From positions 1,472,001 through 1,536,000 of the forward strand of contig OZ244170.1 of NCBI GenBank assembly GCA_965216565.1: DNA of 64,000 nt. Reading direction: 5' to 3'. Numbering within the stretch: the first letter of the stretch is position 1; every line of letters begins with the position of its first letter. The DNA comes from Bythopirellula sp. (lineage in GTDB: Bacteria; Planctomycetota; Planctomycetia; Pirellulales; Lacipirellulaceae). Under the pieces are notes generated by a model. It saw only the letters and a program-made list of their open reading frames with translations. It ran no database searches and was not told where the DNA came from. The position numbers and the translations under genes were made by a program. Of this stretch, positions 19,480 to 29,747 are shown one piece after another.

Positions 19480-20808
19480 TTATTTGCCAATCTTCTTGCC
19501 GCACCAAGGACAAAAACTCCAATACTCGCTTACAACTCCCCAGCCGCATGAATTGCACTTTTCGGTTGAGCCTTCGATCTTCCATTTACGGCCAACCTTG
19601 CGATGGCACCAGGGACAATACCGCATGAACGCCATGAGTCGTCTGTCCTTGCACTTGCCATTGGTGCAACGAGCGATGTATCGCTTGTCGCTATACCGCC
19701 GCGTGCCACTAACCTCGAAACCAGGGCCGAAGCACCAAGGACAATAATGCCAGTCGGATTTCAAACCCCGATGACAACGAGGACAACATAGAGGAAAACT
19801 CGTTTCCTCATCATGCCGCTCGCGGTCATCTCCGCACCATGGACAATGTGTCATCAACTCCGAAACCGATCCGCTGCACTGCGAGCAATGACATTTCGTT
19901 TCGAGCAGCTTGCCAAATTGACGCTGAAACTGTTTCCATTGCACGCTTTTCCAATGGGTTTTCGATTTCAAATCTTTTGTTGCTACTCGGCGGCTAGCAT
20001 TTTTCTTCACTATGCGTTGTTTGATGCGATTAAAGGCAGTCAGCAGAGACGTACCACTCGCATAGCGTTTGCGGGGGTTGAGATCCATCGACTTCTGCAA
20101 AAGTTTAACATAGTCGGAATGACAATAGCTTCTGACTCGTTGAATGCCAGGCGGTGGCCAGTCGAACGGCCATTCGGGCAGGTAACCACCAACCATACGG
20201 TACATAATCAACCCGGCGGAAAAAACGTCCGATCGAAACGATGGCTTGCCCATCGCTTGCTCCGGCGCACAGTACCCGATCGTTCCAGCGCCCGATGCCG
20301 TTAGTGTTCGCCAAGTGACCTTAGCGATGCCAAAATCGGCCAGCATGATCTCACCATCACACAGCAGCAGATTTTCTGGCTTGATGTCGCAGTGTATCAC
20401 CCGCTGCTCGTGGGCAAACGCAATCGCTTCTAGCATCTGCTCGGAGTACTCCAAAGCCGTAGCAATCGAGATCCGCGAGCGCAATCGATCAGCAAGCGTC
20501 TTTTCCCCGAGGGGATATGCCAGTACCAACCGACCATCGATCTGGTCAGCACTTTTGAGCGGAAGAATGCGCGGATGTTGCAGGCGTGCTGCCAGTCGTA
20601 TTTCTTTTCGAAAATCCTCTTCGGTTTCCGCGTCCAGCACACTGCTGTGCGGTATCTTTAGGGCGACTCGCAATCCTTCCAGCGTATCCATTGCTTGGTA
20701 GACTACTGCAAACGCCCCTTCGCCCAGCCGCTTTTCAATGCGGTATTTTCCAAGGCGGGAACCTACTCTCAAAGCATCATTTCGATTCACGGTTTTCAGG
20801 ACTTTCAA
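19480..20808 (-). CDS. Hanks-type Ser/Thr kinase with C-terminal multiple zinc ribbons
   Basis: LGEGAFAVV, VALK, HCDIKPEN, DFG, APE; eight Cys pairs including four CPWC. Confidence 0.92.
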   Translation of the reverse strand: MKVLKTVNRNDALRVGSRLGKYRIEKRLGEGAFAVVYQAMDTLEGLRVALKIPHSSVLDAETEEDFRKEIRLAARLQHPRILPLKSADQIDGRLVLAYPLGEKTLADRLRSRISIATALEYSEQMLEAIAFAHEQRVIHCDIKPENLLLCDGEIMLADFGIAKVTWRTLTASGAGTIGYCAPEQAMGKPSFRSDVFSAGLIMYRMVGGYLPEWPFDWPPPGIQRVRSYCHSDYVKLLQKSMDLNPRKRYASGTSLLTAFNRIKQRIVKKNASRRVATKDLKSKTHWKSVQWKQFQRQFGKLLETKCHCSQCSGSVSELMTHCPWCGDDRERHDEETSFPLCCPRCHRGLKSDWHYCPWCFGPGFEVSGTRRYSDKRYIARCTNGKCKDRRLMAFMRYCPWCHRKVGRKWKIEGSTEKCNSCGWGVVSEYWSFCPWCGKKIGK

Positions 20809-20859
20809 GTGGCAAGAATAAGTTCTCTCTCAGCTAGACGGCTGCATTGTCGTGGTGGA

Positions 20860-22392
20860 TCAATCGTCGGCTGCCTCGACAACGCGGTCAATTTTAAGTC
20901 CAAGCTTCTGAAGTTTTGTGCGGAGTGTCGTACGCGTAATCCCCAATATCTTCGCGGCTTCTTGTTGATTGCCTCCCGTATGAGCTAGTACCATCGCAAT
21001 GATCTTACGCTCAACCTGTTCAATGACTTGATCGTAAACCTTCTCTGCACCGGCATCCAGCAGCTCCTGGACTGATGTCTCGATCGTATCTTGCTGAGTG
21101 GCTGCCGTTTCGGCTGTGGGGTGCTGAGCCCCTGACAACTCCGGCAGAAAATCGGGTAAGAGCACTTGCCCATGGGTCTGCAAAAGTGCTTGACGGACGA
21201 CACCTTGCAATTCACGCACATTCCCAGGCCAGTTATGCTCTGCCAGCAGCCGCATTGACTCGTCGGTAACTGTTGTGACGTTCGTACCTAAGTCTTCGTT
21301 TGCTTGTTGTCGAAAGTAATCTACCAGCTCCGGCAGATCGTCTCCGCGTTCCCGAAGTGGCGGCAACGAGATCGTATAGCCGTTCAGGCGGTAATACAAA
21401 TCGCCACGAAAGCGACCCTCGGCGACCATCTGTTCCAAGTTGCGATTGGTTGCTGCAATCAGTCGCACGTCCGTTTGAATGGTTTCATTACCGCCGACGC
21501 GCTCAAAACGTTGTTCTTGTAATACTCGCAGCAGTTTGCTTTGCAGAATCGGCGACATGTCACCGATTTCGTCCAGGAATAGCGTTCCTCGGTTGCATTG
21601 CTCAAATTTACCAATTCGTTGGCGATCTGCTCCGGTGAACGATCCCTTTTCGTGCCCGAAAAGTTCACTCTCCAGTAAGGCTTCTGGAATCGCTGCGCAA
21701 TTCACTGCTAAAAACTGTTCGCGAGATCGATTGCTGTGTTGGTAAAGTGCACGCGCAATCAATTCCTTACCAGTGCCACTCTCGCCATGAATCAGCACGG
21801 TCACGTTATGGTCAGCTACCATGCCAATCGCTTTGTAAACCTTCTGCATGGCGTCACATCGCCCCACTAGGGAAGTTGCTCCTTTGGTTCCTTCAGAGCT
21901 AACTTCTGGTTTGATTTCTACCGGTTCACACATGAGCCGATAGACCTCAAACGCTCGACCAACCACTCGACGGAGTTCGCGCACATCCAGAGGCTTCATT
22001 AAGTAATCGAGAGCCCCTAGTTTCATCGCCTTAATGGCTGTGTCGCTATCGCCCCAAGCGGTAATCACGATAATCGGAGTGCGAGGATTCTGTTGGCGAA
22101 TTTTTTGAAACACATCTAGCCCAGAACCATCAGGTAGTACCAGGTCAAGAATGACGGCCCCCGGTTCCCTAGCAGAAATCGCCTCCAGTCCCTCGGCAAT
22201 AGTGCCGCACGCTTCGACCTCAAATTCAGTCGATTCGAAGACCCGGCGAAAGAGCTGATGCACAGCCGGTTCGTCGTCAATGACGAGCAAGCGTTGGGAG
22301 GGTGTTGTGCTATTCATAGCGTGGATTGGGGTTTGTGGAGGAGATGGCCAACCCACAGTTTCTCCGTTCAGGTGCTGCCGAGCAAGCGGCAT
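20860..22392 (-). CDS. NtrC-family sigma-54-dependent response regulator (REC-AAA+-HTH)
   Basis: [46 protein letters not shown], Fis-type HTH; real start may be ATG 22317. Confidence 0.93.
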   Translation of the reverse strand: MPLARQHLNGETVGWPSPPQTPIHAMNSTTPSQRLLVIDDEPAVHQLFRRVFESTEFEVEACGTIAEGLEAISAREPGAVILDLVLPDGSGLDVFQKIRQQNPRTPIIVITAWGDSDTAIKAMKLGALDYLMKPLDVRELRRVVGRAFEVYRLMCEPVEIKPEVSSEGTKGATSLVGRCDAMQKVYKAIGMVADHNVTVLIHGESGTGKELIARALYQHSNRSREQFLAVNCAAIPEALLESELFGHEKGSFTGADRQRIGKFEQCNRGTLFLDEIGDMSPILQSKLLRVLQEQRFERVGGNETIQTDVRLIAATNRNLEQMVAEGRFRGDLYYRLNGYTISLPPLRERGDDLPELVDYFRQQANEDLGTNVTTVTDESMRLLAEHNWPGNVRELQGVVRQALLQTHGQVLLPDFLPELSGAQHPTAETAATQQDTIETSVQELLDAGAEKVYDQVIEQVERKIIAMVLAHTGGNQQEAAKILGITRTTLRTKLQKLGLKIDRVVEAADD

Positions 22393-22407
22393 CTTTTCTT
22401 TCGGGCT

Positions 22408-22752
22408 CTAGCCTTTACGATTGGGGTGCAAAAGACGCCGGAATTCCTGCTGGATGGAGAAAAGCTTATTTGAAGAAACTTCGTAGTCCTCAAGTCTTTC
22501 GGTGATACCGGTCAAGACCTCGACATCTTCAGGGAGACTACCGGTATCTCTGGGGTATTTTCGAAACAAGGCAGCCAATTCAGTGAACTGATCAACAAGA
22601 TGTCGACGTTGCCTCCCGCTACAAGGCATTCCTTCCTCGCAGCAACAGTCGATCAGGTCATCGAGCTGATAAGCAATCGAGCCTTTGAGCACACGAGCAC
22701 GAGTAGCCGCTGCATCTGAGCTACTGGGTAGAACGGTTCCATTCATAAACAC
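22408..22752 (-). CDS. Hypothetical protein
   Basis: AGGAGG RBS; lies between co-oriented genes. Confidence 0.55.
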   Translation of the reverse strand: MFMNGTVLPSSSDAAATRARVLKGSIAYQLDDLIDCCCEEGMPCSGRQRRHLVDQFTELAALFRKYPRDTGSLPEDVEVLTGITERLEDYEVSSNKLFSIQQEFRRLLHPNRKG

Positions 22753-23221
22753 CTCCTAGTTTTTGACCCGTCGGCGGGACGGTTGGATGTTGATATTGGT
22801 AGTAAGAGCCATAGTTCATATATCGCGAAGGCCTGGACGCCTCTGGGCGAAGTCCGTAGGGACCATAATCGGACTGTGAGCGATAAGGCGTCCAGGTTGG
22901 CTGCGTTGGGTATTTTTTCGCCCGCAGTAGCTGTTTGGAAGCGTCGTACTCCAGCTGGGGGCGTACCCACAGGTAGTAACGCTCCGCATCGTCATTGTCG
23001 AAGGGGTCTCGGCTATCCAGTAGCAAGTAGGGGCTGACATGGGGTGAAGCGAGCCAGGGCCGCGTAGTGTACACATTTTGATAGACGGTCTGACGCGGAT
23101 CATCGGACAACGATTGCCGCGTAGCCTGCCCGAATGCCATCGAACCCACTCGAAGTGCTGCCAAGCTCACAATGAGCCAGAATGCCAACCCTCGCCAGAG
23201 ATCATCGCGTGTGTAAGTCAT
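22721..23221 (-). CDS. Hypothetical secreted or membrane Tyr/Pro-rich protein
   Basis: GGAGG RBS; N-terminal hydrophobic segment; first gene after a sigma-54 promoter. Confidence 0.6.
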   Translation of the reverse strand: MTYTRDDLWRGLAFWLIVSLAALRVGSMAFGQATRQSLSDDPRQTVYQNVYTTRPWLASPHVSPYLLLDSRDPFDNDDAERYYLWVRPQLEYDASKQLLRAKKYPTQPTWTPYRSQSDYGPYGLRPEASRPSRYMNYGSYYQYQHPTVPPTGQKLGGVYEWNRSTQ

Positions 23222-23267
23222 AGCAACCTCCGATCAACAAGGGACCAAAAACAACAGTTACTGAAAG

Positions 23268-23282
23268 GCAAGTAATGTGCCA
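23268..23282 (-). promoter_or_regulatory. Sigma-54 promoter for the operon containing the NtrC-type activator, kinase and phosphatase
   Basis: TGGCAC-ATTAC-TTGC, consensus match. Confidence 0.78.
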
Positions 23283-23302
23283 AAAACCAACGACCTATAT
23301 CG

Positions 23303-23318
23303 TGGCACACCGCTTGCT
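23303..23318 (+). promoter_or_regulatory. Sigma-54 promoter for hemerythrin-like gene and mgtE
   Basis: TGGCAC-ACCGC-TTGCT, consensus match. Confidence 0.78.
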
Positions 23319-23348
23319 CGCTGAAGTCACTTCCATCCTACGGCCCTC

Positions 23349-23828
23349 ATGCTAAAGCAATCAAAAATGACAGATATTCAGGCTATCATCGACCAAAATG
23401 CCATTGAGTCCGGTGCCCTAGGCCTTTTGGCGGATGCGATTCGCTCCGCAACTGTCTGGCCACTGCCTCGGCGGCAGCCTGGCCGAAAAGTGGCCACTGT
23501 GCGCTATCTTTGTCAGGTGTACCGACAAATGTTCGAGCGGGTTCTAGCGATCGAGGGAAACGACGGCTACATGGATGTCGTTAGTGACGCCGATTCTCGC
23601 TTCGAAGAGCGACTCGAGAGATTTCGGCGAGAACATCATGGCTACCGCGCGGCCTGGCAAGAGATCATGCCCCAATTGGACCGAGTCGTGGCGAGCAACG
23701 AGTTCGACTTTGAGCTGATCTGCGAGCAAATCAATTCTCTGCTAACCCAGATCGACCGTCACTTCCAGCGGGAGTCTGAATTAATATCTCAGTCTTCGTT
23801 GCTCGATTTCGGGGATGAAGATGACTGA
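23349..23828 (+). CDS. Hemerythrin-like domain protein (degenerate)
   Basis: LAIEGNDGYMDVV, REHH, RHFQRES; paralog of 2296..2760. Confidence 0.6.
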   Translation: MLKQSKMTDIQAIIDQNAIESGALGLLADAIRSATVWPLPRRQPGRKVATVRYLCQVYRQMFERVLAIEGNDGYMDVVSDADSRFEERLERFRREHHGYRAAWQEIMPQLDRVVASNEFDFELICEQINSLLTQIDRHFQRESELISQSSLLDFGDEDD

Positions 23829-23890
23829 ATTACTCCCAGTCATCTATCTCTACATGGCTTAAGGAACATCAATGAGTGAGGAACGCACCG

Positions 23891-25249
23891 ATGTCTGAAC
23901 CAGCACTGTTACACCAGCTTCCCGAAGTAGTGCGCAATGGCGATCCTGAGCGGCTAGTAGATTATTTGGCTACGCTCGATGCCCGCTCCATGGCCCGCGA
24001 AGTTTGCGAACTCTCAGATGACGACCAGGCAGCGATGCTGACGGCACTAGAGCCTGCCGCAGCCGTGGAAATTCTGGATGACATTCCAGAGGTGGAACGG
24101 ATTGAAGCGGTCAGCAACCTCGCAGCGGACGTAGCGGCTGCCATTATCCATGAGCTGCCAAGTGACGAGCAAGCCGATGTCATTGGTGCTCTGGACGATG
24201 GCGAAGCAGAAGCAATATTGGCGGCGATGGAGCCTGCAGAGGCCGAGCAACTGGCGGAGTTGGTCGCCTATCCGGCTCATACTGCCGGTGGTTTGATGGC
24301 AACCGAAGTGGTAGCGTTTCGAGAGGGAGCTACCGTTGCGCAAGTGCTGCGCCGTCTGCGTCGAGATGCGTCTCGCTTCCGGAGCCTCGACATACAGTAT
24401 GCGTATGTCACCGACGAACTCCGCTCACTAGTTGGCGTGCTCCGGTTTCGTGACTTATTGCTAGCGGATGACAATAGCACCGTGATGGAACTGATGAAAC
24501 GGCATACGCTCTCGGTGCGTGCTGACACGAGTTTGGCAGAACTGCAGGGCTTGTTCGATGGACACTCGTTTCTGGGAGTTCCCGTCATTGATGATAGCGG
24601 GACACTCCTGGGCGTGGTCAGCCGCAGTGCAGTCGATGAGGCAATGCAAGATCAAGTTGCCAGCGACTATCGCCGCTCGCTCGGTTTGGTTCAGGAAGAA
24701 GTTCGCTCCATGCCAGTGCTGCACAGGTCACGTTCACGGTTGGCATGGCTGAGTATCAATATCGTGCTCAACGTGCTAGCGGCGAGTATCATTGCCCTCT
24801 ACCAAGACACGCTTTCGCAAGTCATTGCTTTGGTGGTGTTCTTGCCTATCATCTCCGACATGAGTGGTTGCAGCGGCAATCAAGCCGTGGCGGTCAGCAT
24901 GCGAGAGCTGTCTCTAGGGCTGATTGAGCCCTGGGAGTTGCTGCGTGTGTGGCTTAAAGAAGCTTCCGTAGGTGTATTAAATGGCTTGGCCTTGGGGGGC
25001 CTATTGGGCGTCATTGCATGGGCTTTTGCAGGCAACCTCTGGTTAGGCGCTGTGGTTGGTGTGGCTCTCGCGGCGAACACCTTGATCGCCGTATTGATTG
25101 GTGGTGCCCTTCCGTTAATTCTAAAACAACGTGGAGTAGACCCGGCACTCGCTTCAGGACCAATACTCACAACGGTGACCGATATGGTCGGTTTCTTTCT
25201 CGTGCTCAGCCTGGCAACACTACTTCTTCCCCTGCTGAGCACTTCTTAA
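23891..25249 (+). CDS. mgtE: Magnesium transporter MgtE
   Basis: Acidic MgtE_N, TAGGLM plus CBS pair, GCSGNQA, DPALASGPILTTVTD. Confidence 0.92.
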   Translation: MSEPALLHQLPEVVRNGDPERLVDYLATLDARSMAREVCELSDDDQAAMLTALEPAAAVEILDDIPEVERIEAVSNLAADVAAAIIHELPSDEQADVIGALDDGEAEAILAAMEPAEAEQLAELVAYPAHTAGGLMATEVVAFREGATVAQVLRRLRRDASRFRSLDIQYAYVTDELRSLVGVLRFRDLLLADDNSTVMELMKRHTLSVRADTSLAELQGLFDGHSFLGVPVIDDSGTLLGVVSRSAVDEAMQDQVASDYRRSLGLVQEEVRSMPVLHRSRSRLAWLSINIVLNVLAASIIALYQDTLSQVIALVVFLPIISDMSGCSGNQAVAVSMRELSLGLIEPWELLRVWLKEASVGVLNGLALGGLLGVIAWAFAGNLWLGAVVGVALAANTLIAVLIGGALPLILKQRGVDPALASGPILTTVTDMVGFFLVLSLATLLLPLLSTS

Positions 25250-25465
25250 CCATGTCAATCGTTTACTGAGCACCTATTGTACGCGAACTGCTTTACGATA
25301 TTTCAAGATTCTCGTGACTCTAGTGCTGCGGCGGCTGAAAATGCCCAACAACTGCTTTGGCACATGACTTGTGATCAGTTATCGTTGCTGACGTAGATCC
25401 GCCAGCCAGTGCAAACTAAAGATTTGTGCAAGAGGGTACCGACCACATTCGTGTAGTTTTGCACG

Positions 25466-26476
25466 TTAAGAGGGAGGGTCTTCGGTTGCTTCTTCAATCG
25501 GTGGTGAGACTAAATGTGCCGGGTCGTTGCCCCCAGCAATAATCGAGGCTGCAACGCCAACGAAGAGTATTCCGCCAATAACTGCCAATGAGACAAGATT
25601 TGGAATCGGATAGTGGTGGACTAGCATCATCTTTACCCCAACGTAAGCCAGCAAAAAGACAAGACTCATCTTGAGATAGCGAAACTTGTCCATCATACCG
25701 GCAACTGCAAAGTAGAGTGACCTCAATCCAAGTATGGCAAAGATGTTCGAGGTAAATACGAGAAAGGGGTCACGGGTGATGCTGAATATCGCGGGAATGG
25801 AGTCCAAGGCAAACATCACGTCGGTTGTTTCCACCATGAGTAAAGCCAGAAATGTATGAGTGATGGCTGTCCTACCTTCTGAGTTCTTCGCGAAGAATGA
25901 GCCATCCGTGTGTGGAACCGTTGGATATAGCTTGTGGGCGTACCGAACCAGCCAATTCTTCTCCGGGTTAATGGTCTCATGTCGCGTAATCAACATCTTA
26001 ACGGCGGATGCAAGTAGGATTAATCCGAAGATGTAGGCAGACCAATGGAAGCGTTCGATAACCACTGCCCCAATGGTAATCATCACGCCTCGCATGATGA
26101 CTGCTCCCAAGATTCCCCAGAAAAGTACGCGGTGCTGGTGTTCGCTCGGGATGCGAAAGAATGAGAAAATCATTGCTATCACAAATATGTTGTCTACAGA
26201 TAGCGACTTCTCGACAATATATCCCGTGAAGAACTGAACGGCGGCTTGTTGACCGGTTAAGTCATGCGATTGCAGGTCCGTCCAGCCAAACCAGTTTTGT
26301 CCATAAAGAAAGTAGACAACAACGTTGAAGCAAAGCGAAACAGCCACCCAAATACCGGTCCAAGCGAGAGCCTCGCGGACGGAGATCCGATGGGAATTGC
26401 GATGAAAAACCCCGAGGTCGAGAAAGACCATTGCCAACACGAACACAAGGAACAACACCCACACCAGATTCTGCAT
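25466..26476 (-). CDS. TerC/Alx family membrane protein
   Basis: EKSLSVDNIFV, ETTDVMFALDSIPA, SNIFAILGLRSLYF. Confidence 0.92.
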   Translation of the reverse strand: MQNLVWVLFLVFVLAMVFLDLGVFHRNSHRISVREALAWTGIWVAVSLCFNVVVYFLYGQNWFGWTDLQSHDLTGQQAAVQFFTGYIVEKSLSVDNIFVIAMIFSFFRIPSEHQHRVLFWGILGAVIMRGVMITIGAVVIERFHWSAYIFGLILLASAVKMLITRHETINPEKNWLVRYAHKLYPTVPHTDGSFFAKNSEGRTAITHTFLALLMVETTDVMFALDSIPAIFSITRDPFLVFTSNIFAILGLRSLYFAVAGMMDKFRYLKMSLVFLLAYVGVKMMLVHHYPIPNLVSLAVIGGILFVGVAASIIAGGNDPAHLVSPPIEEATEDPPS

Positions 26477-26686
26477 CGATTATCCTTTATCACCTCAATG
26501 AGGTTCTCGGCCACGTTGTTCACCCGAAAGGTCAACAGACAGGTTTGGGAGAAGGTGACCGCTCCGCAGGTAGCATGCGGCTGACTATGACGATCACATT
26601 CGCACAGTAAACTCAGAATCTATATCAAAGACACATCGATGAATTACTTTTGATGGCAGAATATGCATGAATGTGTAAGGGACAAA

Positions 26687-27502
26687 TCATGATGCGATGC
26701 CATCCGACGTGTTACTCTGCACGAAAAACACAACGATCGTAATATCGTCATGCCCTTCATTGGCGAGCGCTTCCTGGGCCAGCAAATCGACTGCTTGCTG
26801 CGGCTCGTCTACCTGGCCCATGATTTCTAAAATTCTGTCTTCGCCAACGTTGTCTGTCAGCCCGTCGCTAGCGAGCAGATAGCGATCACCGTGATAAACA
26901 TCCAGGACTCGGATTTCCTCTTTGTCAGCTTCAAATGTTTTCATTCCGAGAGCGTTAAAGAGCACGTTTCGCATGTGATGCTTACGGGCCTCTTCCGTCG
27001 TAATCTTTCCGAGGAACAGCATTTGGTCAGGCCAAGTGTCGTCAACTGTCAGCCTCTCAATTGAATTGCCACGCACCAAGTAAGCTCGGCTGTCACCTAC
27101 CCCAGTGACGTATAAATGATGGTCCGCAAGCAGAGCTAAAACGACGGTGGTGCTTGCGCCATGAGACTCAGGGTACTGTGCAGCATAGTCCAGGATCAGA
27201 CAGTTGGCCTGTTCTAAGGCCGCATGTAATTGGTGTTCGATTTCCGTTGGGTCGATTTCTGTGACAGCTTTACTTAACTCATGCGACAAAACTTCTACAG
27301 CAAACAGGCTCGCAAGTTCCCCCGCAGAGTTACCGGCAATACCATCCGCGACAATAAAGAGGTCAGCGTTTGGAGAAACGTACTGCCGATCTTCGTTAGT
27401 ATTACGAGTTGTGCCTTGCAGGGAGCACGCTGACGCAGTAATCAAAAGCCGATCTGCTTGACAGGAATCTCTTAGTTCCAATGGTTCCGATGCAAATCGC
27501 AT
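26687..27502 (-). CDS. PP2C/PPM-family Ser/Thr phosphatase
   Basis: RNTNED, VADG, VGDSRAY, ASDGL, DDITIV. Confidence 0.9.
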   Translation of the reverse strand: MRFASEPLELRDSCQADRLLITASACSLQGTTRNTNEDRQYVSPNADLFIVADGIAGNSAGELASLFAVEVLSHELSKAVTEIDPTEIEHQLHAALEQANCLILDYAAQYPESHGASTTVVLALLADHHLYVTGVGDSRAYLVRGNSIERLTVDDTWPDQMLFLGKITTEEARKHHMRNVLFNALGMKTFEADKEEIRVLDVYHGDRYLLASDGLTDNVGEDRILEIMGQVDEPQQAVDLLAQEALANEGHDDITIVVFFVQSNTSDGIAS

Positions 27503-27579
27503 AAACGACCCTTTCGGTCCAACGATTCAAATCCATCGTCCTAGTAGTCGTGATCCTCATGGAGACGAGACCGCGAGTA

Positions 27580-29154
27580 TTATTTTGGTTTTTCTGCGAT
27601 CAATGCGTCACTGGTCAGCAGCAAAGTAGCTACGCTCAGTGCATTCTCCAGCGCTACCCTGGTGACTTTCATCGGATCGATCACTCCAGCTGCCACTAAA
27701 TCCTCAAACTGATCGGAATATGCGTTGTAGCCAAAGGCCCCTTCGCCTTCTGAAACCTTGCCACAAACCACACCGCCATCGCGACCGGCGTTTTCTGCGA
27801 TCCATTCCAGGGGAGCCTGGCAGGCTTTCTGGACAATGCGAAAACCGACCTGCTCAGCCTGGATCAGGTCATCAGCCGAGCATGCATTGGCAGCTCGAAT
27901 CAGAGCAACGCCACCGCCAGGTAACACCCCCTCTTCCATCGCAGCTCGCGTCGCGTGAATTGCATCGTCGAACCGCATTTTCTTTTCTTTCATCTCACTC
28001 TCAGTCGCAGCTCCGACCTCAATTTTCGCAACACCACCGGTCAGCTTTGCCAGTCGCTCTTCGAGTTTTTCTTTGTCATAGCTGCTCTTGGTTGTCTCGA
28101 TCTCTTTGCGGATCTGTGTACTGCGAGCACTGATGTCTTCGGTTTTTCCAGCTCCTTCGATGATCGTCGTACCATCTTTGTCGATAACAATCTTCTTAGC
28201 ACGACCAAGGTCGGTGAGCTTTACATTTTCCAACTTGGCCCCAAGGCTATCGAACAGGGGCCTCGCGCCGGTAAGGATGGCAAGGTCTTCTAGCATGGCC
28301 TTACGACGGTCGCCAAAACCGGGAGCCTTAACCGCGCAGCACTTCAAGGTTCCACGAAGACAGTTGATTACAAGCGTAGCAAGAGCTTCGCCATCGACGT
28401 CCTCTGCGATAATCAAAAGTGGCTTACTAGCCTTGGCGATTTCTTCCAGGAGCGGAATCAGGTGCTTGGCACTGGAAATTTTTTTCTCGAACACCATGAT
28501 GTAGGCGTCTTCGAATACGCACTCCATTCGCGACTGATCGTTCAAGAAATACGGTGACAAGTACCCCTTGTCGAAACGCATCCCCTCCACCCACTCTACG
28601 CAAGTCTGGAGTGACTTCCCCTCTTCCACAGTAACAACACCATCTTTCCCTACCTTCTCCATCGCTTCGGCTACCACGGTTCCAATCTTCTCATCACCAT
28701 TGGCAGATACGGTTGCGACCTTCATCAAGTCATCGTGTCCGTCGATAGGTTCTGTGAGGCTACGCAGCTTCTCGATGATACCTGCCATTGCCAATTCCAT
28801 CCCTCGTTTCATCGGAAGTGGGGCAACACCGGCAGCAACGGCGCGAAGCCCTTCCGTGAATATCGCGTCCGCTAGCACTGTTGCGGTCGTGGTACCATCA
28901 CCTGCGACGTCGTTCGTTTTTGATGCGACCTCACGAACCATCTGTGCACCAATGTTCTCCAGTGGGTCTTCCAGTTCGATTTCCTTAGCTACAGTCACAC
29001 CATCACGGGTGACCACGGGTGAACCATAGCTTTTCTGTAGAACGACATTGCGGCCTCGAGGACCTAGCGTCGTCCGTACTGCACGAGCAAGTTTACCCAC
29101 GCCACGTTTGATCGCATCGCGGGCTTCGTCATGAAAGACAATCGTTTTCGACAT
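27580..29154 (-). CDS. groEL: Chaperonin GroEL (paralog without GGM tail)
   Basis: [37 protein letters not shown]. Confidence 0.96.
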   Translation of the reverse strand: MSKTIVFHDEARDAIKRGVGKLARAVRTTLGPRGRNVVLQKSYGSPVVTRDGVTVAKEIELEDPLENIGAQMVREVASKTNDVAGDGTTTATVLADAIFTEGLRAVAAGVAPLPMKRGMELAMAGIIEKLRSLTEPIDGHDDLMKVATVSANGDEKIGTVVAEAMEKVGKDGVVTVEEGKSLQTCVEWVEGMRFDKGYLSPYFLNDQSRMECVFEDAYIMVFEKKISSAKHLIPLLEEIAKASKPLLIIAEDVDGEALATLVINCLRGTLKCCAVKAPGFGDRRKAMLEDLAILTGARPLFDSLGAKLENVKLTDLGRAKKIVIDKDGTTIIEGAGKTEDISARSTQIRKEIETTKSSYDKEKLEERLAKLTGGVAKIEVGAATESEMKEKKMRFDDAIHATRAAMEEGVLPGGGVALIRAANACSADDLIQAEQVGFRIVQKACQAPLEWIAENAGRDGGVVCGKVSEGEGAFGYNAYSDQFEDLVAAGVIDPMKVTRVALENALSVATLLLTSDALIAEKPK

Positions 29155-29186
29155 GAGTGAACGCCTTTTCTGTTAAATACCTGTAC

Positions 29187-29513
29187 TTACTCAATCACAG
29201 CTAAAATATCGCTTTCGCGAATGATCAATCGGTCCTCTTCGTCTAATTTGATTTCGTCCCCTGCATATTCGGTAAAGAGCACCTCGTCGCCTGCTTTGAC
29301 TTGCATCGGTCCGCGAGAACCGTCGTCAAGAATCTTGCCATCGCCCACCGCTTCTACAAATCCACGATTGGCTTTCTTTTTTGCATTCTCTGGCAAGACA
29401 ATACCGCCCCTAGTTTGTTCTTCAGCGACGACTCGCTTGATGACCACCCGGTTGTCGAGAGGACGTAGCTTTGTTTTCACTCTAACTGTTTGCGATTTCG
29501 TTGCGGTCGCCAT
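29187..29513 (-). CDS. groES: Co-chaperonin GroES
   Basis: LRPLDNRV, TRGGIVLP, AVGDG, ESDILAV. Confidence 0.95.
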   Translation of the reverse strand: MATATKSQTVRVKTKLRPLDNRVVIKRVVAEEQTRGGIVLPENAKKKANRGFVEAVGDGKILDDGSRGPMQVKAGDEVLFTEYAGDEIKLDEEDRLIIRESDILAVIE

Positions 29514-29560
29514 TGGGGCTCCTCCGGTCGATAGTTGCTGTTAGCTCGAAGAAGTCTTGA

Positions 29561-29576
29561 TGCAATCGATGTGCCA
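29561..29576 (-). promoter_or_regulatory. Sigma-54 promoter for groES-groEL
   Basis: TGGCAC-ATCGA-TTGCA, consensus match, 48 nt before groES. Confidence 0.8.
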
Positions 29577-29747
29577 TAAGATAAAAAGATTGATACCTGG
29601 CGTATTGAAGGCCGGTTTTATGTCGCCATTCAAGCAAGTGGCTGAAGATTGACCACAGCGTCCAATTCTCGATCAGCTCGTTCGCTACGAAGAGAGCGCA
29701 GACTCGCCATGTCGCGAGTTTTTCAAGTTGGGTAGCTGAAGAAAAAG

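Noticed and set aside
26477..26686. yybP-ykoY Mn riboswitch before terC
   Set aside because: No GGGGAGUA or GAGACC consensus elements were found.
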